DNA of 32,800 nucleotides from contig CAZLPY010000002.1 in the NCBI GenBank assembly GCA_964561525.1, forward strand, positions 1-32,800, in the 5' to 3' direction. The position numbers were made by a program, and so were the translations under genes. This document shows positions 9,257-17,037 of the stretch, in pieces. Under the pieces are notes generated by a model. That model was given only the letters and a program-made list of their open reading frames with translations. It was not told the origin of the DNA and did no database searches. How positions within the stretch are numbered: position 1 is the stretch's first letter; every line of letters begins with the position of its first letter. Source of the DNA: an uncultured Candidatus Saccharibacteria bacterium. Its GTDB lineage: Bacteria; Patescibacteriota; UBA1384; CAJBMM01.

Positions 9257-10456
9257 ATGCAAATACGTCAACTATTCATCGCTATTGTGCTGACAGGCCT
9301 GACCAACGGGGCCTTCTACGCTGCTCATCATATTAATGCTCATGCGGACATCGCTGTACCTGCCATAACGACCACCGCGTTTCAAATAAACCCCAACTTG
9401 CCGCTGCAGGCCAATCAAGTGTTTTTGCCCACTCCAAGCGCGGTGCAAACTGACAGTGCAGCATCGGACAGCAGACAGGCATCAGCGCAACCAACCATTG
9501 CAACTGCCGCAACCCTCACCCCTGCGACCGGAACAGTCAAAATGACCCACTTTGGCGTGCTAATTCGTCCGTACGGCTTAAAAAGCGGGCCCATAGCATA
9601 CTCAAAGGATCAATTAACCGCTCAGCTTGATGCGGCGGGGACACTTGGCGCAACCGACGTCCGCGCCAACGTGGAGCAGGAAGATGCAACCAATGATGAT
9701 GTGGTCAATGAATCACTGGCGCGCGGATTTAAAATCACCCTTATTCTAGAGCCACCGGCTGGCTATTTGGACAGTAACACCTACCAGCGTGCTTTCGACT
9801 ACGCTCACATTGTGGCTACCCGCTACCTTGGTAAAGTGAGCTACTATCAATTGCTCAACGAAGCCTCCGGAGCATCCATCCGCCCTGGGTTTCCAGGTAA
9901 TAAGACTTCCGATTATGACGCAGTGAAATACCAACAGACCAAGGACGCGATCCGGGGCTTGAGTGAGGGCGTGCGCAGCGTCGACAAATCCGCTGGTCGC
10001 ATTGTGAGCGCCAACTGGGTCGGTACCGGCATCATTGACAAGCTGGCGGCAGATCAGGTGCCGTTTGAGATCATCGGCTGGAACTGGTACTCCGACATGG
10101 GGGATGATTTGATCAAAAAAGTGGATACCCGCACCACCTTAAACATCCCGGAGTACCTTAAAAAGTACGGTAAGCCGTTTTGGGTGGTTGAGGCCAATCG
10201 CCGCCAAGGCAGCGCTGATTTGGATTATGCCGCCCAAAGTGCCTATCTGCAAACCCTATTTACTAACGTTGCTTCGCATCACAACGTGCAAGGGTTTTTC
10301 GTGTTTCAGCTAGCCGATGAATGCGGGGCACTGGATCAAGAGCACGGCCACCTAGGTTTGATCGGCGTAACCAAACAAGATTCCGGCAATTGCACCCTAT
10401 CCGACCCAAAACCTGCCTTCACCACCTTTAAGGATTTGATTAGGAAGAATAAATAG
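9257..10456 (+). CDS. Secreted clan GH-A glycoside hydrolase-like protein, paralog 2
   Basis: Signal peptide, Ala/Thr/Pro linker, YYQLLNE and FWVVE; shares IGWNWYSDMG and DECG with paralog 1. Confidence 0.7.
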   Translation: MQIRQLFIAIVLTGLTNGAFYAAHHINAHADIAVPAITTTAFQINPNLPLQANQVFLPTPSAVQTDSAASDSRQASAQPTIATAATLTPATGTVKMTHFGVLIRPYGLKSGPIAYSKDQLTAQLDAAGTLGATDVRANVEQEDATNDDVVNESLARGFKITLILEPPAGYLDSNTYQRAFDYAHIVATRYLGKVSYYQLLNEASGASIRPGFPGNKTSDYDAVKYQQTKDAIRGLSEGVRSVDKSAGRIVSANWVGTGIIDKLAADQVPFEIIGWNWYSDMGDDLIKKVDTRTTLNIPEYLKKYGKPFWVVEANRRQGSADLDYAAQSAYLQTLFTNVASHHNVQGFFVFQLADECGALDQEHGHLGLIGVTKQDSGNCTLSDPKPAFTTFKDLIRKNK

Positions 10457-10460
10457 TACG

Positions 10461-10838
10461 TTAGCGAATGAGCTTAATATCGAGTGCTAACCCAAGATCC
10501 TTCCAAACCTTATCAGCTGTGAGAACAGAACAATTCAACGTCATTGCAGTCCCTAAGCAAGCTCTATCAGCAAGTGAAATGGTAATATTTGATTGCCTGA
10601 GTGTTGCTGCTGCTCGTTCCGCAGATAGTTTATCGTATGGCACAACCCGTAGCCCAGTTACCAGCAGGAATGAGGTCAGTTGACGCATATCTGCCCCACG
10701 CTGCTCCATCTTTAGTAATGCTTCGGTATAATTAACCGCACTAACAACTAATTCTCGAGTGACCATTTGCCATACTATCTCACTACCCCGCTCCTCAAAT
10801 ATCACTGCTAGCACGGCAGAGGTATCAAGCAAAATCAT
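10461..10838 (-). CDS. vapC: VapC-family PIN-domain toxin
   Basis: ILLDTSAVLA, VNYTE, ISLADRACL and VLTAD give the PIN acidic residues. Confidence 0.9.
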   Translation of the reverse strand: MILLDTSAVLAVIFEERGSEIVWQMVTRELVVSAVNYTEALLKMEQRGADMRQLTSFLLVTGLRVVPYDKLSAERAAATLRQSNITISLADRACLGTAMTLNCSVLTADKVWKDLGLALDIKLIR

Positions 10839-11063
10839 TTAGTACCCTTCGCGCTTCGCCTCTGCTCGCCGTTCCTCTATGAGTTGTTCGGATAATGGTT
10901 TTTCACCGGGTTTTGGGCCAAACGGTTTCATATATTCTTGTAATGCTTTCCATGCCGCCCTTCGCCTTTGCACTTCCGCAGCCGGTAAAACATCCGTTTG
11001 CGCTCCTATTGTGCCACGCTTACGGCTAGTTGATCTAGTTTTTGGATAGTTAACTTTTGCCAT
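10839..11063 (-). CDS. Putative antitoxin for VapC
   Basis: 74 aa, abuts vapC; C-terminal LSEQLIEERRAEA resembles VapB tails; promoter TTGACA-17-TAGAGT 6 nt before the ATG. Confidence 0.7.
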   Translation of the reverse strand: MAKVNYPKTRSTSRKRGTIGAQTDVLPAAEVQRRRAAWKALQEYMKPFGPKPGEKPLSEQLIEERRAEAKREGY

Positions 11064-11101
11064 GGCTATACTCTATGACTGATCTTAGTTTCTGTCAATT
11101 T

Positions 11102-11134
11102 AAAAACCGGCAGAGGCATAGTGCCCCAGCCGGT
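11102..11134 (-). terminator. Intrinsic terminator of module A cargo
   Basis: Minus strand ACCGGC TGGGGCA CTA TGCCTCT GCCGGT followed by a T run. Confidence 0.75.
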
Positions 11135-11145
11135 CATGCCTCCCT

Positions 11146-11730
11146 TCAGAAGAACGTGTTGATTTGGAGTCGCAATCTCTCTGGTGCGGATCCGTTAAAC
11201 GAAAGTGGCTGCCAGTTCAGCCGGACGTTACTCGTGCCGATTTTCCAACGAATGGTCGGTCCAAGCCGAATTGGTGCTGCCCCCGAGTTCTCTCGCCAAA
11301 ATGAGACTACGATGCCCGCTTCACGATCATGACCTGCCTGCCAGCGAATCGATGATTCATTCGAAAAGAAGATCCTCGGCCCGCCATTCAGCGGCACATA
11401 TTGTGCCAGACTGATTGATACTTTGGCAGCACCGAGCGAATCGTTGTAATCAATCCATGGCTCAATGAACTGCTTGTTCTGTGTTGGCCATGTCACAGCA
11501 TAGGCACCGATTGAGAGGGTTTTGCTGACAGGCCACAGGCGGCCAATCTGCAAATCCTGAGCCTGTCGCGTGTTCCAACCAAATGCCCACAGCTCAATCT
11601 GCGGTGTCAGCACCCCGATGGTATCATACGGCTTCCCACCGCGCGTGGCATCGAAACGATTGATAAGGATGGTCTGAGCCTCTGTGGTTCCACACAACGC
11701 CAGACAAAATATCACTGCAATGAGTTTCAT
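11146..11730 (-). CDS. Secreted beta-strand protein, outer-membrane beta-barrel-like (cargo A3)
   Basis: Start moved to MKLIAVIF; signal peptide ending TEA-Q; alternating hydrophobic strands; ends RLQINTFF; paralog of 27334-27924. Confidence 0.7.
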   Translation of the reverse strand: MKLIAVIFCLALCGTTEAQTILINRFDATRGGKPYDTIGVLTPQIELWAFGWNTRQAQDLQIGRLWPVSKTLSIGAYAVTWPTQNKQFIEPWIDYNDSLGAAKVSISLAQYVPLNGGPRIFFSNESSIRWQAGHDREAGIVVSFWRENSGAAPIRLGPTIRWKIGTSNVRLNWQPLSFNGSAPERLRLQINTFF

Positions 11731-11734
11731 GATT

Positions 11735-11855
11735 GTTCCCCGACGTTTTGGGCAGTCGGCACCACTAGATTTGGTTGTTAAAGCGAGCATCTCTGCTCAA
11801 GAAAATGGGTTGCGGTTGTACACCACAACCCGACTTCACTTGAGAAGAATTACTC
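11735..11855 (-). promoter_or_regulatory. Intercistronic structured element 1: long hairpin, boxA-like motif, AATCTAGTGG, short stem-loop
   Basis: Hairpin 11785-11855; GCTTTAACAA; AATCTAGTGG (11771-11762); CCGAC-TGCCCAAAAC-GTCGG. Confidence 0.7.
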
Positions 11856-12188
11856 GTTGAGCTGAAGACCATGGAGACTCATGCTATGCAGCCCACGACG
11901 CAGGTAGATCGTTTTTTGATGAGGCCAGCACTCATGTACTTCATCGAGCCTCCAGAGGTCATTGGGTGACTCGACGCCGTTTCTTAAGAAGCGCTCACCG
12001 TCCCCACTGGGGTCATTGCGGAGGCTATCGCAGTCGATAGCGAAACCACTTAAAATGACTCCACCGGTGCCATTAACAACGGCATTGCCGACAACCTTCA
12101 TCTCCGCCACACAATGACCATCGTACGGTCGATAGGTACAAGACCTAACCATATAGGTACCCGGCTGAGGCATTTCCGATTTGGGCAT
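11850..12188 (-). CDS. Hypothetical protein (cargo A2)
   Basis: Start moved to MPKSE (ATG 12188, GGGGAG RBS); no recognised family. Confidence 0.65.
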   Translation of the reverse strand: MPKSEMPQPGTYMVRSCTYRPYDGHCVAEMKVVGNAVVNGTGGVILSGFAIDCDSLRNDPSGDGERFLRNGVESPNDLWRLDEVHECWPHQKTIYLRRGLHSMSLHGLQLNE

Positions 12189-12193
12189 CTTTT

Positions 12194-12321
12194 TCTCCCC
12201 ACCTGTTAGGGCCGGTGGCGCCACTAGATTTTAAGGTGATACGAGCTAGATTTCTCTGCTCAGGGAATCGGATGAATAAGCACTGCTTGCTCATCCGGTC
12301 CTTCTGAAAAGAGATTTACCT
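12194..12321 (-). promoter_or_regulatory. Intercistronic structured element 2, homologous to element 1
   Basis: Hairpin about 12248-12321 with the shared TGAGCAGAGA arm; TCACCTTAAAA; AATCTAGTGG (12230-12221); CCACC-GGCCCTAACA-GGTGG. Confidence 0.7.
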
Positions 12322-12579
12322 TTTTCTGAAGTAGGCAGTGTGGTTCCGTACTGTGAACAAGCCGTCACCGACGGAATTATCTCTTCTCTCGCAAATCAAC
12401 TGCACTTCATGCTTCGTTTCGATATAGTTGAGAAGCTCCAGGTAGGACATATATGTATGTTCGGCACCATCCTTGTGCTCCCCATCGTACTTGATCTTCT
12501 TGTCTCCCTCGGTATAAGTCGCGCTGAATTTACGACACCCGTGGTCGAACACATGCTCAACCTCCAGTTGGGTAATCAC
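12316..12579 (-). CDS. Hypothetical protein (cargo A1)
   Basis: 87 aa, GTG start with GAGGAG RBS. Confidence 0.7.
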   Translation of the reverse strand: MITQLEVEHVFDHGCRKFSATYTEGDKKIKYDGEHKDGAEHTYMSYLELLNYIETKHEVQLICERRDNSVGDGLFTVRNHTAYFRKR

Positions 12580-12610
12580 AAGCCGCTCCTCAATGAAAAT
12601 ATTGGTACTT

Positions 12611-12686
12611 CGCGCCTGAGAAAGAGTTTCAGCTCTAATTCCCTAGCGTGATGAATCAGTGTAGCATATTATTTACGTTTTGTCAA
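12611..12686 (-). promoter_or_regulatory. Module A cargo promoter and leader hairpin
   Basis: TTGACA (12686-12681), 17 bp, TACACT with extended TG; imperfect hairpin 12611-12650. Confidence 0.75.
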
Positions 12687-12765
12687 TAGTTTGGGATGAC
12701 AAATAATACATAGTATGATATATTGGTTGTGCTATGATAATTGAAAGCATCAAACGGAGGCTAAA

Positions 12766-13617
12766 TTGAGTCCAAAATCCAGTGGTAATGCATGGTTAGC
12801 TGGGATCGCGATTATAGCATTGGCGATTTCGTTAACAGCGTTGATGGGGACAAAAAAGAATAATAACGTAAGTCAGCGCGATAGCTTAGCTGAAATTCAA
12901 AAAACAAAAATAATGAATGTTTGCGTCGCCGAATGGCCACCATTCAGTATCAAAGATGCAAAAACGGGTAAATATTCTGGTGTAGATATAGATGCCCTAG
13001 AAGCAATTGCAAAATCTCTTGGCGCAAATGTTTCCTACCACGACACAACTTTTGGTAACTCACCTGCAGCCGTCCAATCAGGTACCTGCGATGTAGCCAC
13101 CTCACTTTACGTCACACCCAACCGAGCAGCAGCAGTCAATTTTACGCGTCCAATTCTTTTTGGCGGGGATACTGCATTAGTGAAAAAAGGTGATACACGG
13201 TTTAAAACCGTTGCCGATCTGGATCAATCAGGCATCAAAGTCGCAACTGCAACGGGTGAATCAGGCGATATTTATGCTAAAGCGAATTTCACAAAGGCTA
13301 CGATAGTGGCAATTGACGTAGACTCATCTGATCAAACAAGGTTCTTGCTCGAAGTGACATCGGGGAGGGCTGATGTAGGAATTGCCGACTACAATACGAT
13401 CGCTAATTTCGCAAAAGCACACCCAGAAACTGCGGTGCTGTTTCAAGATAAACCGTTTAATCTCAGCGCTGATGCATATGGTGTGCGATATGGTGATACT
13501 AATTTCTTAGATTTCTTGAACAGTTCATTATTAACTATGCAAACTAATGGAACGTGGGATCAGATCGAAAAAAAATATAGCGCCCAAGCATTTCATCAGC
13601 AACTCGACATTAGATAG
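12766..13617 (+). CDS. Polar amino-acid ABC transporter substrate-binding protein (SBP family 3)
   Basis: N-terminal anchor; EWPPFS, GVDID, TPNRAAAVNFTRP and GRADVGIAD; GGAGG RBS with TTG start. Confidence 0.92.
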   Translation: MSPKSSGNAWLAGIAIIALAISLTALMGTKKNNNVSQRDSLAEIQKTKIMNVCVAEWPPFSIKDAKTGKYSGVDIDALEAIAKSLGANVSYHDTTFGNSPAAVQSGTCDVATSLYVTPNRAAAVNFTRPILFGGDTALVKKGDTRFKTVADLDQSGIKVATATGESGDIYAKANFTKATIVAIDVDSSDQTRFLLEVTSGRADVGIADYNTIANFAKAHPETAVLFQDKPFNLSADAYGVRYGDTNFLDFLNSSLLTMQTNGTWDQIEKKYSAQAFHQQLDIR

Positions 13618-13625
13618 AGACAGAC

Positions 13626-14294
13626 ATGTATCAGTGGAATTGGAATATCGTTTTCCAATATCGATATGTTTTTATACAAGGAGCGGCAACTACCGTATGG
13701 TTGACGTTCCTTGTGGTAGTTCTTGGTACAGCTCTTGGGGTACTTATCGGACTCGCCCGTAGGAGTGAAGCACCATTTATCCCTACTTTAGCAAAGATAT
13801 ATATAGAACTTTTTAGGGCTCTGCCCATTTTGGTCCTCTTAATCTGGCTTTATTATGTTTCTCCTATAATACTGGGAATTCAGCTGTCACCATTTATTAC
13901 AGCATTGGTAGCTTTAGCAATTAATTTGTCAGCGTTCGTAGCTGAAACAGTACGGGCTGCTATAGAATCAATTCCTACTAATCAGTTTGAGTCGAGTATT
14001 ACATTGGGTTTAAGCTCAACACAAACAATGATTTATATTATTCTGCCGCAAGCGATAAAAAATATGTTACCTAACCTGATGGGTTTATATGTTAATCAGC
14101 TAAAGAACTCTTCATTGGCTTCAGTGATTGCAGTTAATGAGGTATTACATCGCTCGAACTCGATCATTAGTAACACATACCGCCCGCTTGAGGTCTATAC
14201 CACAGTAGCCATTGTTTACTTAATTCTGATTATTCCTTTCTCGCTATTAGCCAACTGGATCGAGAATAGAATCGACAAAACGAGAAAAATCTAA
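13626..14294 (+). CDS. Amino-acid ABC transporter permease (HisM/GlnP type)
   Basis: YIELFRALPILVLL, AFVAETVRAAIESIPTNQFE and LKNSSLASVI. Confidence 0.94.
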   Translation: MYQWNWNIVFQYRYVFIQGAATTVWLTFLVVVLGTALGVLIGLARRSEAPFIPTLAKIYIELFRALPILVLLIWLYYVSPIILGIQLSPFITALVALAINLSAFVAETVRAAIESIPTNQFESSITLGLSSTQTMIYIILPQAIKNMLPNLMGLYVNQLKNSSLASVIAVNEVLHRSNSIISNTYRPLEVYTTVAIVYLILIIPFSLLANWIENRIDKTRKI

Positions 14295-15484
14295 TGGTCA
14301 TACTTGAGGTCAAAAATTTATCTAAAACTTTTTATAGTAATAAGAAACAGGCTGCTCTATCAAATGTCTCGTTTACGGTTGATGAAGGAGAGATTGTTTG
14401 TTTGATCGGACCGAGTGGCTCAGGTAAAAGCACGCTACTTAGATGTCTTTCTGGACTCGAGGAAATTGATAAGGGTGAAATTATCTTGCTCTCCAGCAAT
14501 AAACTTCATCACTACAATCGAGCTGCGCTAGATGCTATTAAAGAAAACGTAAACATAGTTTTCCAAGATTATAATCTCTGGCCTCATAAAACAGTAATGG
14601 AAAATATTATTTTCGCACCCGTCACCAGAAAAAAAATGTCGATAGATAAAGCAACAAAAATGGCATCTGACTTACTAAAACGTTTTGATTTATATGATAA
14701 AAAAGATGCTCATCCAGACTTTTTATCAGGCGGTCAACAACAACGGGTGGCTATTATTCGCGCACTTACTCTTCAGCCAAAACTTTTGCTATTGGATGAA
14801 ATTACCTCAGCGCTAGATCCCGAACTTGTCTCAAGCGTCTTTAATCTTATCAAGGTATTAGCCAAAGAAGGCCAATCTATGATAATCGTGACTCACAATT
14901 TGAAATTTGCATCTGAAGTCGCTCATAAAATAATCTTCCTAGACGGTGGTCGCATAATTCAACAAGCTCCAGCCCGTGATTTTATTTACGCTCAAAGCAA
15001 CCCTCGAATCGCTGATTTTTTACAGACATTTTCTCTCAACAAGCATGAAATAAATGTATATGAAGGTTTCGATCAATTTCAAGCTTTTCAAATGGGTACT
15101 TTGAAACGATTTAAAAGAGGCTCAGCAAAACACGTAGTGGCATCTTCGGGCGATAGATGGTTTGAATCAATGGGTGCCTTTTATGAAGCATATGAAAGAG
15201 AACGGGTTGAAAAAGAAATTTCGTGGCGCATGGTTATGTATAAAGAGTCACCGCTTGATAGAGATATACGGCTACGGTATCCAAAATTAAATGAGTATAG
15301 GCTAATTCCAAAAAATATGGAGAATCCAGCAAATTATTACGTCATTGAAGATATCGTAGTGATCCAAATATTTGGCAAACTTGGTGATGAGCCATCAATC
15401 ATCGAGATTAAAAACAAAGATGTTGCTCAAAGCTATATGAATTATTTCAATCTGCTGTGGGAACAAGGCAGAAAGCTTAAATGA
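14294..15484 (+). CDS. Amino-acid ABC ATPase (GlnQ/HisP type) fused to a C-terminal TrmB-like effector domain
   Basis: GPSGSGKS, LSGGQQQRV, LLLDEITSALDPE; about 145 extra aa from INVYEGFD to YFNLLWEQG align with the C-terminal half of 15481-16203. Confidence 0.88.
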   Translation: MVILEVKNLSKTFYSNKKQAALSNVSFTVDEGEIVCLIGPSGSGKSTLLRCLSGLEEIDKGEIILLSSNKLHHYNRAALDAIKENVNIVFQDYNLWPHKTVMENIIFAPVTRKKMSIDKATKMASDLLKRFDLYDKKDAHPDFLSGGQQQRVAIIRALTLQPKLLLLDEITSALDPELVSSVFNLIKVLAKEGQSMIIVTHNLKFASEVAHKIIFLDGGRIIQQAPARDFIYAQSNPRIADFLQTFSLNKHEINVYEGFDQFQAFQMGTLKRFKRGSAKHVVASSGDRWFESMGAFYEAYERERVEKEISWRMVMYKESPLDRDIRLRYPKLNEYRLIPKNMENPANYYVIEDIVVIQIFGKLGDEPSIIEIKNKDVAQSYMNYFNLLWEQGRKLK

Positions 15485-16203
15485 TGGAAAAAGAGTTAGA
15501 AAAGCTAGGATTTTCAGTGCATCAGGCGGAGGTTTATTTGGCCTTAATCGACATTGGCCAAACTGGCGCGGGTGAGATAGTCAAGCAGACTGGCTTACAC
15601 CGCAACATTGTCTACGAAACGCTCGATAAACTAGTCGCCAAACACTTGGCCACCAAAGTCACCGAAAAGAACGTGGCGCAGTTTGTGGCTACTGACCCTA
15701 AGCGCATTCAAGAACACATTAAAGCAAACTTAGATCAAGCAGAGATGCTGGTGCCGCAATTAGTGGAACGGGCCAATATTCAGCAGGATATTGTAGTGTA
15801 CAACGGCATTGAAGGGTTTCGCACCTACAACATGGAGGCGCTTTCCAGAATACGGCGCGGCGGCTCGCAATACGTTTTGGGCTCAGTTGGCAACCTGTGG
15901 TACGAGCTGATGGGGGAACAATATCGAAAGTACGAAAAATTGCGATTAAAGAAGAAAATTTGGTGGAAGATGATCGCCTACGAGGAATCAGAGCGTGATC
16001 AAGCGTTGATTGACGAAAAAAAGCTTATTGAGGTACGCATTATCCCCCGCAAACTCTCTACCCCAGCCAACATGCACATTTGGGAAGGCACTGTAGCTCT
16101 GCAAATGGTAGTAGAGCCCTATACGGTAGTAGAGATTCGGAACAAGGCTCTGGCAGAGAGCTATTTGAACTACTTTAACTTGCTGTGGGAGCAGGGAAAG
16201 TAA
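15481..16203 (+). CDS. TrmB-like transcriptional regulator (module A)
   Basis: LEKLGFS...AEVYLALID...HRNIVYETLDKLV wHTH; VYNGIEG; YFNLLWEQG. Confidence 0.88.
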   Translation: MMEKELEKLGFSVHQAEVYLALIDIGQTGAGEIVKQTGLHRNIVYETLDKLVAKHLATKVTEKNVAQFVATDPKRIQEHIKANLDQAEMLVPQLVERANIQQDIVVYNGIEGFRTYNMEALSRIRRGGSQYVLGSVGNLWYELMGEQYRKYEKLRLKKKIWWKMIAYEESERDQALIDEKKLIEVRIIPRKLSTPANMHIWEGTVALQMVVEPYTVVEIRNKALAESYLNYFNLLWEQGK

Positions 16204-16205
16204 AG

Positions 16206-16233
16206 CCGGCTTGAGCGTGGTGACTCAAGCCGG
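16206..16233. terminator. Hairpin between convergent genes, likely bidirectional terminator
   Basis: CCGGCTTGAG-N8-CTCAAGCCGG, perfect 10 bp stem. Confidence 0.7.
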
Positions 16234-16236
16234 ATC

Positions 16237-16848
16237 TTAAAACTTATGGAACACCTCCGTTCTAATTTGGCAGGATCCAGTTAACGGACCGCTCAGGAAT
16301 TGGCCGAGGCGGGTACGTGAGCACCATTCTCCTCGCTTCCACTCTACAAGCGTGCCCAGTTGAAATGTTATCGGTTTGCCCGATCGGACGTTCAGTGCCC
16401 AGCCAAGACCGGCCGAAACCTCATGGCTTACTGGCCACACCAGGCGGCTGTTCGGCATATTGAGCTCCCATGGACTACCCGAAGGTTTAAACCCAAGATA
16501 ATGTGGTCCACTAAGCTTTCCGCCCAATACTGGCACAGAAAAGACAGAGTAGGCCCCGATTGATACGATGCGATCTTGCTCGATGAGCTGCTCAGCGTAG
16601 AGCCCGAGGCGGCCTTTGACAGTCCTCGCCTTCCACGAGCCTGTATAGGCGACGAGCTGTAACAACCTGCCCGGCACGTGTGGTGAGCCAATTTGTAACA
16701 ACTCACCCACTCTCGGCATGATCAATTGTTCAAAGAGAGTGGGGCTGCCTTTGCGGAGTGAGCTAAGGTAGCCTCCACCTGCTAGGTTCGACTGTGCCGT
16801 GGCATGCGTAGCCATAATACTCAAGGCTATGACTGTAAGCGTTTTCAC
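16237..16848 (-). CDS. Secreted beta-strand protein, beta-barrel-like (cargo B)
   Basis: GTG start with GGGGGA RBS; signal peptide ending ATA-Q; ends QIRTEVFHKF; shares WPVS and SIGAY with cargo A3. Confidence 0.65.
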   Translation of the reverse strand: MKTLTVIALSIMATHATAQSNLAGGGYLSSLRKGSPTLFEQLIMPRVGELLQIGSPHVPGRLLQLVAYTGSWKARTVKGRLGLYAEQLIEQDRIVSIGAYSVFSVPVLGGKLSGPHYLGFKPSGSPWELNMPNSRLVWPVSHEVSAGLGWALNVRSGKPITFQLGTLVEWKRGEWCSRTRLGQFLSGPLTGSCQIRTEVFHKF

Positions 16849-16861
16849 TAGTACGTCCCCC

Positions 16862-16929
16862 TTGTTTTAAGTGCTTCTTGCGATGTATGCAAGAATGATG
16901 TAGTGTATTATAAAGATTGCGAGTGGCAA
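16862..16929 (-). promoter_or_regulatory. Module B cargo promoter, leader hairpin and boxA-like motif
   Basis: TTGCCA, 16 bp, TACACT (overlapping TATAAT); TTCTTGC-N7-GCAAGAA; GCACTTAAAACAA. Confidence 0.65.
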
Positions 16930-16940
16930 ATATGACCCTA

Positions 16941-16958
16941 TGGTGATATCTATCACCA
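16941..16958. promoter_or_regulatory. Palindromic operator candidate
   Basis: TGGTGATA-TC-TATCACCA in the divergent intergenic region. Confidence 0.55.
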
Positions 16959-16974
16959 CTTATAACATTTGGGG

Positions 16975-17032
16975 CTCCTCACCCCTTCTCTCTCCTCCGA
17001 GAGGAGAGGGTGGTCGGAGACCGGGTGAGGAG
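16975..17032 (+). repeat. GC-rich three-stem palindromic element covering the TrmB RBS
   Basis: CTCCTCACCC/GGGTGAGGAG outer stem; CTCTCCTC-CGA-GAGGAGAG; GGTC-GGA-GACC. Confidence 0.65.
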
Positions 17033-17037
17033 TGATT

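Noticed and set aside
10482-10490. GAGTGCTAA, a CIRCE half-site
   Set aside because: Single half-site inside vapC, far from groES
11735-12321. Integron attC cassette array
   Set aside because: Hairpins lack RYYYAAC/GTTRRRY ends and no integrase is in the window; kept only as an analogy
11735-12321. CRISPR array
   Set aside because: Only two degenerate repeats, separated by a whole gene; no cas genes
12340-12651. 103 aa plus-strand ORF with a hydrophobic stretch
   Set aside because: Antisense to cargo A1, which has promoter and RBS support
16900-16920. GTA-N10-TAC operator in module B
   Set aside because: Best matches (GTA-N10-AAG, GTA-N10-TGC) are too degenerate in AT-rich DNA
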